A stretch of DNA of 64,000 nt, from NCBI GenBank assembly GCA_963764625.1, contig CAVXTH010000006.1, positions 768,001-832,000 on the forward strand, written 5' to 3'. A program made the translations under genes and the position numbers. The DNA is from Candidatus Krumholzibacteriota bacterium (GTDB lineage: Bacteria; Krumholzibacteriota; Krumholzibacteriia; JAJRXK01). Shown here piece after piece: positions 27,093 through 38,362 of the stretch (its first letter is position 1; each line of letters starts with the position of its first letter). Below the pieces are notes generated by a model that was given only the letters and a program-made list of their open reading frames with translations, was not told where the DNA came from and ran no database searches.

Positions 27093-27926
27093 TCAGCCGG
27101 GATCGACGCTCTCGTCCCACACGAAGCGGGAGCTGAAGACCTCGACCACCGGACCCTCCAGCATCCAAGCTTCCTCTTGGGGTTGCACCTGGATCTCGTC
27201 GCCGCCGCGGGTGTGAAGCCGCACCGGCTCTCCTTTGGGCGCGAGCCCGTGGAGTGCGGCCACGCTGGCGATACAGCCGCTGCCACAGGCCCAGGTTTCC
27301 CCTTCGACCCCGCGCTCGAAGGAGCGGATGCGCCAGCTGTGGGGCCCGCGGTGGACGAAGTGGACGTTCGTGCCCTCGGCAAAGCGGGAAGTCCACCAGC
27401 GCAAGGGGCGCGCGAGCGCCTCGAACTCATTCGAATCGAGCACTCCATTCTCCACCTCGACCACCAGGTGAGGGTCTCCCGTATTCACCTCGTGGCCGTT
27501 GCGCGCCACCGAACCTTGGGGGAGTTCCAGACGCTCACTCGAACACTTCGGAGCCGCGAACCACAGGCGTACGCGCGCGCCCTCCTGAAGAATCTGCGCC
27601 TCGATGGATCCGTACTCGCTGAGGAAAGAAAAACGCTCGCCGCACCAACCCAGACGCCACGCCCTGAGAGCGCAGCAGCGCGCGCCATTGAAGCACATCT
27701 CGCAGTAGCTTCCGTCCAGGTTGTAGAAGTACATGCGGAACACCGGGGAGCCGACACCCTTTTCCTTCAGGCGTTCCATGAACAGAGCCCCGTCGCCTCC
27801 GATCCCCTTTCGGCGATGACAGAGGGCTCGCACCAGGGCGGCATCGCGCGGCGGTTTCGGAGGCGCTTCCTCCAGAATGACGAAGTCGTTGGCGGCGCCG
27901 TGCATCTTCGCGAAACGAAGTTCCAT
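27093..27926 (-). CDS. dapF: Diaminopimelate epimerase family protein
   Basis: KMHG..NDF, GIGGDG, MCFNGARC, ERGVEGETWACGSG. Confidence 0.85.
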   Translation of the reverse strand: MELRFAKMHGAANDFVILEEAPPKPPRDAALVRALCHRRKGIGGDGALFMERLKEKGVGSPVFRMYFYNLDGSYCEMCFNGARCCALRAWRLGWCGERFSFLSEYGSIEAQILQEGARVRLWFAAPKCSSERLELPQGSVARNGHEVNTGDPHLVVEVENGVLDSNEFEALARPLRWWTSRFAEGTNVHFVHRGPHSWRIRSFERGVEGETWACGSGCIASVAALHGLAPKGEPVRLHTRGGDEIQVQPQEEAWMLEGPVVEVFSSRFVWDESVDPG

Positions 27927-27937
27927 GGAAACTCCTC

Positions 27938-29072
27938 TCAGGGCGCGGCCTCCAGAAAGACCGAACGGGGCAAGGGAGGGGTGCGCATGCTGTCCAGCAC
28001 CGTCCACTCGAGTCTCTCGGTGGGTCGCGGCAAGGCGAGCGTGTCGGGTGTGGCCGGTTGCAGCTTTACTGTCGTCTCAGCGCTGAAGGGTTCGCTCAGC
28101 CCCTTCTCGTCGGGACCGAAGTGACTGTCCCCGTCGAGGTCCAGCCAAACCGAGACCCGGTACTCTCCGGGCGTGAGCTTGGACTGGTTGCACCCCAGGG
28201 TGTCCATGGTGACGGTTTGCACTTTCGCCTCCTCCACTCCGATGGGTCTTATGGCGGCGCGAAACAAGAGAGTGTCCGTCTCGTCCTTCTCCACGCAGAT
28301 CAAGAGACCCACCGGAGCCTCCAGGTCGATTAGGGTGAGCGGACCCAGATCCAGGACCGTCTCCCCCGCGCGCAGGTACACCGAATCTCTCTCGGCGGTG
28401 GGCTCGCGGGTATCCCGCTTGCCGTTCTGATTCTTGTCCTCGAAGACCTGTAGCGCGTAGGGACCGGAGGGCGACGCGAGCAGACCGAGCCGGAAGAACC
28501 CCAGTTCGTTCGGGGCCACCATCCGCCACAGGGTTGGTTTCTTGGCGTCCTCAGAGCCCAGGATGCTCAGTTGCGCCACGACCTGCTCGAGTTTGAGACT
28601 CCTCCCCCTGCACCTGTCCTTTGATGAGACCGGAGGGAATGGTATCTCCGGTGGTGAAGGCGCCGCTCACCGGCGCGCCCAGCTTCACGTTGTGCCGGTC
28701 GGTGAGAGTCGGAAGCAGAGTCCACACGACCAGTGTGTCCCTGGGCCAGCCGGATTCCGGATGCACCGTCACCCGGGTCGCGTCGAAACCAATGTCTCGC
28801 AAGCGAATTTCGGGCGCAAAGTGAAGCCCGCTGCGAAAGCCTCGTCGATCCACTTTTTCGCTGAATTCGAGCACGAGCGGAGCCAGAGGGTCGACTCTCA
28901 GGGCGAGACTGCCCGGCTCGGCGGAGAGGAAACGCGGCGGGATCTCATCCACCGGACCTCCGGGCGGCGGACCCGTCTGCGCGCAAGCCGACACCGCCAG
29001 CGCCACGAGCGCGCACACGCATTGAGCCCACAGCTCACCCCATGAGGTGGTAGAGTAGCGCTCTCTGTACAT
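27938..29072 (-). CDS. Ig-like (Big_5) lipoprotein split by a frameshift near 28605
   Basis: Lipobox VSAC followed by AQTGPPPGGPVDEIPP, LEFSEKVD. Continues in the +1 frame as ORF 27938-28579 with DKNQNG and DLDGD motifs. Start codon uncertain. Confidence 0.65.
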
Positions 29073-29958
29073 GCAGCCGGTTCTCCGCTTCGTCGTAGAC
29101 TCGACTCGCCGGGCCATCCATCACTCCGTCGGTGATCTCCATGCCGCGGTGGGCTGGGAGACAGTGCAAGACAATGGCCTCCTTCTTCGCCCCCGACAAG
29201 AGTTCTTCGTTCACCTGGTAGTCGGCAAAGACTTTGGCGCGCGCCTCCGCCTCGGCCTCCTGTCCCATGCTGGCCCAGACGTCGGTGTAGACCACGTCCG
29301 CGTCGCGAACCGCCTGGCGGGGATCGCTCGTGATCTGTAGATCGAGCGAGCCTCGCGTCTTGGCCCGCTCGACCACGGCGGGATCCGGCTCATAGTCGTT
29401 GGGGGTGCAGATCACCAAGGCGAAGTCGAGCAAGGCCGCCGCGTTGATCCAGGAGTGCGCGATGTTGTTCCCGTCCCCCACGTACACCACTTTCTTCCCG
29501 TCGATGCCGCCCAGTTCCTCAACGATGGTGAAGACATCGGCCAGGATCTGACAGGGATGCGCGAGATCGGTGAGGCCGTTCACCACCGGAATGCTCGCCG
29601 CGGCCGCCAATCGCTCCACCATTGCGTGCTCGAAGGTCCGGATCATGATTCCGTCCACGAGGCGGCTGAGGACTTTAGCCACGTCCTCCACCGTTTCCCG
29701 GCTGCCCAGACCGATTTCCTTTTCCGTGATGTAGAGCGAATCGCCGCCCAGCTGACGAATCGCCACCTCGAAGGAGATTCGGGTGCGAAGGCTCGGCTTG
29801 TGGAAAATGCAGGCCAGAGTACGATTGGGGTGGCTCGCCGCCAGCGTGTGTGCGCGGGCTTTCGGCTTCTGCTCGCGCGTGGTCTGAAACAGGGTCTTCA
29901 GATCTTCGCGGCTGAGATCGAGAATGGTCACCAGGTCCTTGTTGGACAGTTTCTTCAT
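29035..29958 (-). CDS. argF: Ornithine carbamoyltransferase
   Basis: KPSLRTRISF, HPCQILAD, GDGNN, DVWASMG, HCLPAHRG, AENRLH. Confidence 0.92.
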   Translation of the reverse strand: MKKLSNKDLVTILDLSREDLKTLFQTTREQKPKARAHTLAASHPNRTLACIFHKPSLRTRISFEVAIRQLGGDSLYITEKEIGLGSRETVEDVAKVLSRLVDGIMIRTFEHAMVERLAAAASIPVVNGLTDLAHPCQILADVFTIVEELGGIDGKKVVYVGDGNNIAHSWINAAALLDFALVICTPNDYEPDPAVVERAKTRGSLDLQITSDPRQAVRDADVVYTDVWASMGQEAEAEARAKVFADYQVNEELLSGAKKEAIVLHCLPAHRGMEITDGVMDGPASRVYDEAENRLHVQRALLYHLMG

Positions 29959-29989
29959 GCCGATTCCTTCCACTTGGCGGCCGTCTACC

Positions 29990-31384
29990 CTAGAGAATGA
30001 AGCGACTCAAGTCCTCGTCCTTGACGATCCGCATGAGTTTTTCGTCGACGAATTTCTTGTCGATCACGATGCGGGTCGGTGGCGGAGTCTCCCCGCTGGT
30101 GGGCGGCAACTCGAAGAGCATTTCGTCCAAAAGCGAAGTCATGATGGTGTGAAGGCGTCTGGCTCCGATGTTCTCCTGACTCCGATTCACTTCCCAGGCG
30201 ATCCGTCCGATTTCCTCGTAGGCCTCGATCTGGAACACGAGCTCGCATCCCTCGGTGTGCAGCAGCGCCTGATATTGTCGGGGCAGCGAATTCTCTGGTT
30301 CGCGCAGGATCCGCACGAAGTCTTCCTGGGAGAGACTCTTCAGTTCCACGCGGATGGGAAACCGCCCCTGCAGCTCCGGGATCAGATCGCTCGGCTTGCT
30401 CATGTGGAAGGCCCCGGCCGCGATGAAGAGAACGTGGTCGGTGGAGACCGCGCCGTACTTCGTCTGCACCGTCGCTCCTTCCACCACCGGCAAGAGGTCG
30501 CGCTGCACGCCCTCGCGGCTCACGTCAATTCCGGTGGACTCCCTGCGGCTCGCGATCTTGTCGATCTCGTCCAGGAAGATGATCCCCGAACTCTCCGTGC
30601 GCTGGAGAGCCTCCGTCGTCACCTTCTCCATGTCGATACGGCGATCGAGCTCCTCTTCGCGCAAGAGCCGCCGCGCCTCGGACAGGGGGACCTGGCGCGA
30701 CTTGCGTTGCTTGGGAAAGAGACTCTTGAGGGCATCGCCCAGCCCCGACTCGAGAAGTTCGTCCCCGCCGGTCGAGAGAATACCGAACTGAGCCCCCGGA
30801 CGGGTGGTGATCTCGACCGTGACTTCGCGCTCTTCCAGTTCTTTCGCGCGGAGCTGCGCGCGCAGCTTCTCGCGGCTCCTCTTCCACCGCTCCTCGGTCT
30901 CGGGGCTGGTCTCCCTGAGCGAAGGAAGCAAGAGGTCGAGGAGACGCTCCTCGACCGAGGCCGAGGTAGTCTCTTCCACTTCCTCGGTCATCTCCTGACG
31001 CACGATCCCGACCGCGACCTCCACCAGGTCGCGTACCATGCTCTCGACGTCGCGCCCCACGTACCCGCGCTCGGTGAATTTCGTCGCTTCCACTTTCACG
31101 AACGGCGCCCCGGCCACCCGGGCCAGGCGCCGGGCGATTTCCGTCTTTCCCACTCCGGTGGGGCCGATCATCAAAATGTTGTTGGGGATGATCTCCTCGC
31201 GCATCGGCTGTGGCACTCGCATACGGCGCCACCGGTTGCGCAGAGCGATGGCGACCGCGCGTTTCGCGTCGTCCTGGCCCACCACGTAGCGATCGAGTTC
31301 GGACACGATCTGACGCGGGGTCAACTTATCGCCCCCCAGATGAGCCATGCCCATCTTGTCGATTGCGATGATCTTCTCACTCAT
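29990..31384 (-). CDS. hslU: ATP-dependent protease ATPase subunit HslU
   Basis: [40 protein letters not shown]. Confidence 0.97.
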   Translation of the reverse strand: MSEKIIAIDKMGMAHLGGDKLTPRQIVSELDRYVVGQDDAKRAVAIALRNRWRRMRVPQPMREEIIPNNILMIGPTGVGKTEIARRLARVAGAPFVKVEATKFTERGYVGRDVESMVRDLVEVAVGIVRQEMTEEVEETTSASVEERLLDLLLPSLRETSPETEERWKRSREKLRAQLRAKELEEREVTVEITTRPGAQFGILSTGGDELLESGLGDALKSLFPKQRKSRQVPLSEARRLLREEELDRRIDMEKVTTEALQRTESSGIIFLDEIDKIASRRESTGIDVSREGVQRDLLPVVEGATVQTKYGAVSTDHVLFIAAGAFHMSKPSDLIPELQGRFPIRVELKSLSQEDFVRILREPENSLPRQYQALLHTEGCELVFQIEAYEEIGRIAWEVNRSQENIGARRLHTIMTSLLDEMLFELPPTSGETPPPTRIVIDKKFVDEKLMRIVKDEDLSRFIL

Positions 31385-31935
31385 TCCCTGGAGTCCTTCA
31401 ACTGTAGAGTCGTGATCTTGTCGTTCGTATAGATACAGATTCCCGCCGCAATCTGCAGGGACTCACGGCAAATTTCCTCCGCGCTCAATTCGGTGTGCAA
31501 ACGCAAGGCTCGCGCGGCGGCCAGGGCGTACGACCCTCCGCTTCCAATGGCGATGAGATCGTCGTCCGGTTCGATCACGTCGCCGCTGCCCGAGATGATG
31601 AAGGAGTGCTCGAGGTCCATCACCGCCAGGAGCGCCTCGAGCCGCCGGAGCACGCGGTCACTCCGCCACTCCTTGGCCAGCGCCACCGCCGCCCGGGGCA
31701 GATTGCCCCCCTTGACGTCGAGATGCCCCTCGAATTTTTCGAAGAGGGTGAAGGCGTCCGCGGTACTTCCGGCGAAGCCCGAGAGAATCTTTCCGTCCTG
31801 CAGGGTGCGCACCTTGCTCGCGCCCCACTTCATGGTGACTTCGCCGAAAGTGACTTGACCGTCGCCGCCGATGCATACGTCATGGCCACGACGAACTCCC
31901 AGTATGGTGGTCCCATGAATCTCCTGTGGATTCAC
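31381..31935 (-). CDS. hslV: ATP-dependent protease peptidase subunit HslV
   Basis: [35 protein letters not shown]. Confidence 0.97.
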   Translation of the reverse strand: MNPQEIHGTTILGVRRGHDVCIGGDGQVTFGEVTMKWGASKVRTLQDGKILSGFAGSTADAFTLFEKFEGHLDVKGGNLPRAAVALAKEWRSDRVLRRLEALLAVMDLEHSFIISGSGDVIEPDDDLIAIGSGGSYALAAARALRLHTELSAEEICRESLQIAAGICIYTNDKITTLQLKDSRE

Positions 31936-32885
31936 TTCTCTTCCTTCTCCTCTCCCGCGCGCGGGTGCGCCTGTTGATAGACTTCCTTCAGTCGCGCCGA
32001 AGAAACATGCGTATAGATCTGTGTGGTGGAAAGGCTCGCATGACCCAGCAGCTCCTGCACTCCGCGCAACTCCGCGCCCCGGTCCAAAAGGTGAGTCGCG
32101 AACGCGTGCCGAAGATCGTGCGGCGAAAGTCCCGTTCCCAAAGCTGCCGCGCGCATCGTGCGCGCCAGCATCGCCTGCACCGTGCGCCGCGCGATGCGAT
32201 GCCCTGCCCGTCCCAAGAAAACAGGCACGACGCGATCTTCCCTACCCAACGATCCCTGCTCTAAAGCATGAAAGACCTCGCTCGGCAAGCGGCGGGAAAG
32301 ATAGTCCTGAAGCCGGTACTTCGCCTCACCGACCAGGGGAACGATGCGCTCCTTGGCCCCCTTTCCGGTGACCCGCATCGACTCGGCCGGCAGATCGATC
32401 TGCGCGAGAGAAAGCGCGACCAATTCGCTCAGGCGCAGACCACAGCCGTAGAGCACTTCCAGGATGGCGCGGTCGCGGCGCCCGCGTTCCGTACTCGAGT
32501 CCGGGCCCTCCAGCAACAGACTCACGAGCTCTTGCGAAGGAACTCGGGGCAAACGCCGGCTGAGACGCGGCGACCCCAGCCTCCGGCTGGGCCGATCCGC
32601 CCGCAAGCCCCGGCCCTCGAGGAAAGCGAAGAACCCGCGCAGGGCGGAGAGCCGGCGGGCGAGGCTGCGCGAGCTGACGCCGCGGTCCCGCTCATAGCTC
32701 AACCAAGTTCTGAGCTGATCGGTGGAAATCTCCAGCCAGTTCGTCTCTTGCGAGCTTCGCTCCCGGAGAGCTCGTCGGACGGACTCCAGATCGCGCGCGT
32801 AGGCCTCCAGGGTCCGCGGAGAGAGCCCGCGGATCGCCCGAAGGTGGTCGATCCAGGCCTGCTCGTGTTCGTCCAACGGGGTCAT
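31932..32885 (-). CDS. xerC: Site-specific tyrosine recombinase XerC
   Basis: [36 protein letters not shown]. Sits in the conserved trmFO-xerC-hslV-hslU order. Confidence 0.85.
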   Translation of the reverse strand: MTPLDEHEQAWIDHLRAIRGLSPRTLEAYARDLESVRRALRERSSQETNWLEISTDQLRTWLSYERDRGVSSRSLARRLSALRGFFAFLEGRGLRADRPSRRLGSPRLSRRLPRVPSQELVSLLLEGPDSSTERGRRDRAILEVLYGCGLRLSELVALSLAQIDLPAESMRVTGKGAKERIVPLVGEAKYRLQDYLSRRLPSEVFHALEQGSLGREDRVVPVFLGRAGHRIARRTVQAMLARTMRAAALGTGLSPHDLRHAFATHLLDRGAELRGVQELLGHASLSTTQIYTHVSSARLKEVYQQAHPRAGEEKEEK

Positions 32886-32928
32886 GACGCCAGCAGTGTA
32901 GCAGCCCTTGCGCGACTGCGCTCTCCTC

Positions 32929-34257
32929 TCAGCCAAAGAGCGGCGAGAATTCCTCGCGCCATTTCCGCATGGAGCGAAGCGCTCGCTCTCCCAAAGCCTG
33001 TTTGCGCTCCTGCTTGCCCTGCGGCGGAGCGTCCAGGGGGGGCAGGAGTCCGAAGTTCACATTCATGGGACTCAGGCGGCGACCCGCGTCGTGGCGCAGA
33101 TAGGCCAGCAGGCCGCCCAGCATCGTCTCGCGCGGCGGCGGCGAAAAGGACAGCCCCAACTCCGCGGCGTGGACCGCGAGCGCTGCAATCAACCCCGTCG
33201 CGACGCTCTCCACGTATCCCTCGCAGCCGGTCATCTGCCCGGCCAGGTGCAATCCCTCGTGCCCTTTGAGCTGCAGCGTCGCGTCGAGATGCTTGGGACT
33301 GTTCAGGAAGGTGTTGCGGTGGAGGCTTCCCAGCCGCGCGAACTCGGCGTGCTCGAGTCCTGGAATCATGGAGAAGATGCGACGCTGCTCGGGATACTTG
33401 AGTTGGGTCTGGAAGCCCACCAATCCGAAGAGCGTCCCGTCGAGAGTCTCCTGTCGCAACTGAACCACGGCCCAGGGACGCCGGCCGGTGCGCGGGTCCA
33501 GGAGGCCCACCGGTCGCATGGGTCCGAAGCGCAGACTCTCACGCCCGCCATCGGCGATCGCCTCGATCGGCATGCACCCGGCGAAGTAGGCCGCCTTCTC
33601 GAAATCCTTCGGCTGCACGCGTTCGCCGCGCAGAAGCTCATCCACGAAGCGCTCGTACTGCTCCTTGTCGAGCGGGCAGTTCAGATAGTCCGCGTCCCCC
33701 TTCTCGTAGCGCGCCGCTTTGAACACGATGTTCTGATCGACCGACTCCAACAGCAACGAAGGGGCGATGGCATCGTAGAAGTAGAGCGACTCCTCACCCA
33801 CCAGCTCCTGCAGGTCCGTCTGTAGGGCTTTCGAAGTCAAAGGACCGGTAGCGAGGATGCACGGTCGCTCGCGAGGCACGCGGCTCGCCTCTTCCCGGAT
33901 CACTTCGACGAGGGGGTTCCTGAGGAGGGCGCCGGTCACTGCGGCAGAGAAGCGTTCGCGATCCAGGGCCAAAGCGGCCCCGGCCGGCACGCGCGCCTGC
34001 CGCGCGAAGCCCAACAGACGGCATCCCAGAGCGTCCAACTCGAGCTTCAGGACTCCGGCCGCGGTATCGCTTCGTTCGCTCTTGAAGGAATTCGAGCACA
34101 CGATCTCGGCGAGATCCGCGCTCTTGTGCGCCTCGGTGGAGCGGGTCGGCCTCATTTCGATGAGCCGAACCGGATGGCCTCTCTCCGCGAGCTGGAACGC
34201 GGCCTCGGATCCGGCCAGGCCACCCCCGACCAGCGTCACGGGCTCTCGTTTCAGCAT
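32929..34257 (-). CDS. trmFO: Folate/FAD-dependent tRNA m5U54 methyltransferase
   Basis: GGGLAGSEAA, EIVCSNSF, FYDAIAP, GSLHRNTF, AGQMTGCEGYVES. Confidence 0.95.
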   Translation of the reverse strand: MLKREPVTLVGGGLAGSEAAFQLAERGHPVRLIEMRPTRSTEAHKSADLAEIVCSNSFKSERSDTAAGVLKLELDALGCRLLGFARQARVPAGAALALDRERFSAAVTGALLRNPLVEVIREEASRVPRERPCILATGPLTSKALQTDLQELVGEESLYFYDAIAPSLLLESVDQNIVFKAARYEKGDADYLNCPLDKEQYERFVDELLRGERVQPKDFEKAAYFAGCMPIEAIADGGRESLRFGPMRPVGLLDPRTGRRPWAVVQLRQETLDGTLFGLVGFQTQLKYPEQRRIFSMIPGLEHAEFARLGSLHRNTFLNSPKHLDATLQLKGHEGLHLAGQMTGCEGYVESVATGLIAALAVHAAELGLSFSPPPRETMLGGLLAYLRHDAGRRLSPMNVNFGLLPPLDAPPQGKQERKQALGERALRSMRKWREEFSPLFG

Positions 34258-34261
34258 GGCG

Positions 34262-37249
34262 TCAGGTTTTTCGTCCGTGGCATTTCTTGAACTTCTTGCC
34301 GCTTCCGCAGGGACAGGGGTCGTTCCGTCCCACTTTGGGCTGGTCTCGCACCACCGGCGCCGGTGCTCTCGGCGGCCCCCCCTCGGGATTGAGGGTGCCG
34401 ATCGCGCTCGCCGTCTGCCCTCCTCGGGCCTCGGCCGAGCCGTAGGCGCTGGCCTGCGCCTTCTGGGCCGTACCCCCCGACAGCGCCGCCGTCGCTTCGG
34501 GCGGAGTCTGGACCAGTTCGAAGCGGAAGAAGCGCGTGACCGCCTCGCTGCGGATTCGCTCCATCATGAGCTGGAAGAGCTCGAAACTCTCCCCCTTGTA
34601 TTCCAACAGAGGGTCCTTTTGACCGTAGGCTCTCAGCCCGATGCCGCTGCGCAGGGTGTCCAGCTCGTGCAGGTGGTCCTTCCACATCTCGTCGATGGTT
34701 CGCAGCGTTACGTGCTGTTCGAGCTGCTTGGCGATGGGCGGGCTCAGACGCTCCACTTTCGCCCGGTAGGCGCGGGTCGCCGCGTCGAGGAGGCTCTCAC
34801 GCAGGCTCTCCTGCCCGATCGACTCGCGCGCCTCCTCGGGTACCGGAAGAGGAACCAGGAAGGTGGTGCTCATGTCTAGGCCGAGCCCAGCCCAATCCCA
34901 GTACTCAGGGGGATCCTTGGGCGAAGTGCGCGCGTCCAGCATCTGATCGATGGTGTCCTCGATGAGATCGAGCGTCGACTCGCGCCCTTCCTCGGTCACC
35001 AGGAGGCTCCGCCGCCAATCGTAGATGACCTCGCGCTGTTTGTTCATCACGTCGTCGTAGTCCAAAAGGCGCTTGCGAATACTGAAGTTCTGTTGCTCGA
35101 CCCGGATCTGCGCCTTCTCGATGGCCTTGGTCACCAGCCCGTGCGTGATGACCTCCCCTTCCTGCAGGCCCATGCGATCCATGACTTTCGAGACTCGATC
35201 GGACGCGAAAAGACGCATCAGATCGTCCTCGAGCGAGAGATAGAACAGGCTCGCTCCCGGATCGCCCTGACGCCCGGCCCGACCGCGAAGCTGACGATCG
35301 ATCCGCCGGCTCTCGTGGCGCTCGCTTCCGATGATCCACAGTCCCGCCGGGCGGCCGTTGCGTTCGCCGCTCTCGCTCTTCACACCTTCGCCCAGCTTGA
35401 TGTCGGTTCCGCGCCCGGCCATGTTCGTGGCAATGGTCACCGAACCCCATTGCCCGGCCTCCTCCACGATCTCGGCTTCGCGCTTGTGGTGCTTTGCGTT
35501 GAGCACGTTGTGCCGGATCCCCTTTCGCTTGAAGAGTCGCGACAGGGTCTCGCTCACTTCCACCGTGGTCGTTCCCACCAGCACCGGCAAACCCATCTCG
35601 TTGAGAGTCGCCACTTCCTCCACGATCGCGTTGTACTTCTCGCGCTTGGTGCGATAGATCTGGTCGTTGTAGTCATCGCGGGCAATGGGCTTGTTGGTGG
35701 GAATGACCACCACGTCGAGTTCGTAGATCTCGTGGAACTCCGCCGCCTCGGTTTCTGCGGTTCCCGTCATCCCGGCCAACTTGTCGTACATGCGGAAGAA
35801 ATTTTGCAAGGTGATCGTCGCGTAGGTCTGCGTCTCGGCTTCGATCTTCACGCCCTCTTTGGCTTCCAGGGCGGAATGGAGTCCCTCGCTGAAGCGGCGC
35901 CCGGGCATGATGCGACCGGTAAACTCATCCACGATCATGATCTTGCCGTCTTGAATGACGTACTCGTCGTCCTTGCTGAAGAGCGCATACGCCTTCAGGA
36001 GTTGCTGGACGTTGTGAATTCCCTCGTTGCGTTCTCCGTAGACGAGGTGAACCGCCTCAATCTTCTGCGCCTTCTCCTTGTCGCCCAGAGTCGGGTCCTT
36101 CTCAATCTCGCCCAGCTCCACCGAGAGGTCGGGCAGGATGAAGAACTCGGGGTCTCTCATGCCGAACTCGCGGCGGCCCTTCTCGGTGAGGTCGACGGTG
36201 TTCTCCTTTTCCTGGATCACGTAGAAGAGCTCCTCGTCGGCCTCCCACATGTTCTTGTCGCGCAGATAATCGGATTCCACCCGGCGGATGATGTCCTGGA
36301 TTCCGGCTTCCTTGCGCAGCTTCATGAAGCGCGGCAACTTCGCGCCCCCACGGCTCACACGGAGTAGTTTCAGCCCGGTCTCGCGATCGACCTCCTCCCC
36401 GCTGCGAATGACCTTCTCCGCCTCGGCCAGATAGGTGTTGAGCAAGCGGGTCTGCTTGTGCACCAGGTTCTCGACCATGGGCTTGAGCTCGCCAAAGCGG
36501 TGCGTGCTCTCTCCCACCGGACCGCTGATGATGAGCGGGGTGCGCGCCTCGTCGATCAAACACGAGTCGACCTCATCCACGATGACGTAATGGAAGTCTC
36601 GCTGGACGAGATCTTCGCGCCGCACCGCCATGTTGTCCCTGAGGTAATCGAAGCCGAATTCGTTGTTGGTTCCGTAGGTGATGTCACAGTTGTAGGCCGC
36701 CCGTCGTTGGACGGGGCTCATCTCGTTGCGAATGAAGCCCACCGTGAGACCCAAGAAGCGGTAGATGCCTCCCATCCACTCCGCGTCGCGCTGGGCCAGG
36801 TAGTCGTTCACGGTGACCAGATGGGCACCCTTCCCCGCCAGCGCGTTGAGGTAGAGAGGAAACACCGCGACCAGGGTCTTTCCCTCTCCGGTCGCCATCT
36901 CGGCGATGATGCCCCGGTGCAGCACCATGCCACCCAGAATCTGGACGTCGTAGGGGATCATGTCCCAGGCGGTCTCGCGTCCGTGCACCTCCCAGAGCTC
37001 TCCTCTTTCAGCGAGACGCCGGCAGGTCTCCCACACCACCGCGAAGGCCTCGATCATCAGCTCGTCGACGGTCTCCCCTTCGGCCAGGCGCTGGCGAAAC
37101 GCGGGAGTCATCGACTTCAACTTCTCGTCATCCCACTCTTTCATCGGTGCGCGCATCTCTTTGACCTCTTCGACCAAAGGCGCGTACTTCTTGTAGTCGC
37201 GTTGCGACTTGCTGCCGAAGAGGCTCTCCAGAAACTGCGTCAAGGACAT
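34262..37249 (-). CDS. secA: Preprotein translocase ATPase SecA
   Basis: [38 protein letters not shown]-terminal [19 protein letters not shown]. Confidence 0.98.
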   Translation of the reverse strand: MSLTQFLESLFGSKSQRDYKKYAPLVEEVKEMRAPMKEWDDEKLKSMTPAFRQRLAEGETVDELMIEAFAVVWETCRRLAERGELWEVHGRETAWDMIPYDVQILGGMVLHRGIIAEMATGEGKTLVAVFPLYLNALAGKGAHLVTVNDYLAQRDAEWMGGIYRFLGLTVGFIRNEMSPVQRRAAYNCDITYGTNNEFGFDYLRDNMAVRREDLVQRDFHYVIVDEVDSCLIDEARTPLIISGPVGESTHRFGELKPMVENLVHKQTRLLNTYLAEAEKVIRSGEEVDRETGLKLLRVSRGGAKLPRFMKLRKEAGIQDIIRRVESDYLRDKNMWEADEELFYVIQEKENTVDLTEKGRREFGMRDPEFFILPDLSVELGEIEKDPTLGDKEKAQKIEAVHLVYGERNEGIHNVQQLLKAYALFSKDDEYVIQDGKIMIVDEFTGRIMPGRRFSEGLHSALEAKEGVKIEAETQTYATITLQNFFRMYDKLAGMTGTAETEAAEFHEIYELDVVVIPTNKPIARDDYNDQIYRTKREKYNAIVEEVATLNEMGLPVLVGTTTVEVSETLSRLFKRKGIRHNVLNAKHHKREAEIVEEAGQWGSVTIATNMAGRGTDIKLGEGVKSESGERNGRPAGLWIIGSERHESRRIDRQLRGRAGRQGDPGASLFYLSLEDDLMRLFASDRVSKVMDRMGLQEGEVITHGLVTKAIEKAQIRVEQQNFSIRKRLLDYDDVMNKQREVIYDWRRSLLVTEEGRESTLDLIEDTIDQMLDARTSPKDPPEYWDWAGLGLDMSTTFLVPLPVPEEARESIGQESLRESLLDAATRAYRAKVERLSPPIAKQLEQHVTLRTIDEMWKDHLHELDTLRSGIGLRAYGQKDPLLEYKGESFELFQLMMERIRSEAVTRFFRFELVQTPPEATAALSGGTAQKAQASAYGSAEARGGQTASAIGTLNPEGGPPRAPAPVVRDQPKVGRNDPCPCGSGKKFKKCHGRKT

Positions 37250-37278
37250 GATGTTAGGGCCATGATTCTTTGGGGGAC

Positions 37279-37314
37279 AAAAAGCGGTCCCATTCCCATT
37301 GCGGGATGGGACCG
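37279..37314 (-). terminator. Intrinsic terminator after the cold-shock gene
   Basis: CGGTCCCATCCC / GGAATGGGACCG stem followed by CTTTTT on the minus strand. Confidence 0.75.
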
Positions 37315-37340
37315 ACGGGGATCGAAGACCAACCGAGGCT

Positions 37341-37544
37341 CTACAGCGCCTCGACCTCGATGGCCTGACTCACACGGCTTTTTTCGCGGACCAAATAGCG
37401 TACTTTCTGACCTTCTCGCAGAGTACGATACCCTCTGCCCACGACATCCACGTGTCTGAAATAGAGGGAATTCTTAGTGTCAGCTGCTTCGATGAAGCCG
37501 TATCCGCGGCCCTCGTAAAACCAGCGCACGACACCGATTGCCAT
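37341..37544 (-). CDS. Cold-shock domain protein (divergent)
   Basis: [23 protein letters not shown], 67 aa, with GGAGG upstream. Confidence 0.85.
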   Translation of the reverse strand: MAIGVVRWFYEGRGYGFIEAADTKNSLYFRHVDVVGRGYRTLREGQKVRYLVREKSRVSQAIEVEAL

Positions 37545-37591
37545 CGACACCTCCACTTGAAATGGACAGGGAGACCAGAATGGCTACTAGT

Positions 37592-37621
37592 AAACTAGCT
37601 CCACTCTCGCGGAAGTGTCAA
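37592..37621 (-). promoter_or_regulatory. Sigma70-type promoter for the cold-shock gene
   Basis: TTGACA-18 nt-TAGTTT. Confidence 0.55.
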
Positions 37622-37633
37622 GCGAGGGGTCGA

Positions 37634-38362
37634 TCAATGCCCGAAGAAGCGCGAGATCTTGCCCAGGAGGCCATCTCCGCTCTTTTCCGGCTCATAATTG
37701 GCGAGCGCGAGTTCCTGTTGCTGGTCGTACGCCAGTGCGGTGGCGAAACACTCTTCCGCCGTCTTCGCGAGTCCGGCCTGAAGGTAGACGAAGCCCAGAT
37801 GCGCGTGGAAGTCCGCGTTGTAGGGCTCGGCCTCCACCGCGCGTCGGCACAGATCCCGCGCCTTGTGCAGATTCTCTCCACTGAGAGCCAGGACGTAGCC
37901 GTAGGTCGACTGGTATTCGGGCTCGTTGGGAACCGTCTTCACGATCACGCGCAAGACATCGGCCGCGCGTTCGTAGTCCTCCTGGTCGAGCAGAGGTCTC
38001 ACCCGTGAGAAGGCCTTACGCGCGTCGCGGACTTCATCCAGGGAGGGCCGCCGTAGCCATGCGGGGCGAGGACCAGAAGCTGGTCCCCGCTCCGCCTGAC
38101 TTACCGCTTCCTCACCCTTCATTCCACTCCGGCAGGATTCGTCGTATTCCAATCGCTTCTTGGCGTTGGAGAGAATCTCGTAGGCCTTCTGAATCTCCAG
38201 GAAGCGCTCGGTGTTTGCTTCGGTATCTCCGTCGGGACTCAGATCGGGATGATAGAGCTTGGCCAGCCGAAAGTACGCGCGGCGAATCTCTTCCGGCTTC
38301 GCGTCGTACTTCATTTCCAGGATCTGATACAGATCCTTCTTGGCGTCGACCATCTCAGGCAT
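37634..38362 (-). CDS. J-domain (DnaJ) protein with TPR repeats
   Basis: [28 protein letters not shown], then TPR-like helices. Confidence 0.85.
   Translation of the reverse strand: MPEMVDAKKDLYQILEMKYDAKPEEIRRAYFRLAKLYHPDLSPDGDTEANTERFLEIQKAYEILSNAKKRLEYDESCRSGMKGEEAVSQAERGPASGPRPAWLRRPSLDEVRDARKAFSRVRPLLDQEDYERAADVLRVIVKTVPNEPEYQSTYGYVLALSGENLHKARDLCRRAVEAEPYNADFHAHLGFVYLQAGLAKTAEECFATALAYDQQQELALANYEPEKSGDGLLGKISRFFGH

Noticed and set aside
29770-29810. SLRT instead of STRT in ArgF, suggesting an acetyl- or succinyl-ornithine transcarbamylase
   Set aside because: The DxxxSMG ornithine-binding motif of ordinary OTCases is intact.
23780-32885. Two tyrosine recombinases as mobile-element integrases, and a nearby dif site
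   Set aside because: Both sit in canonical housekeeping contexts (xerD-scpAB and trmFO-xerC-hslVU). I saw no dif-like sequence by eye.
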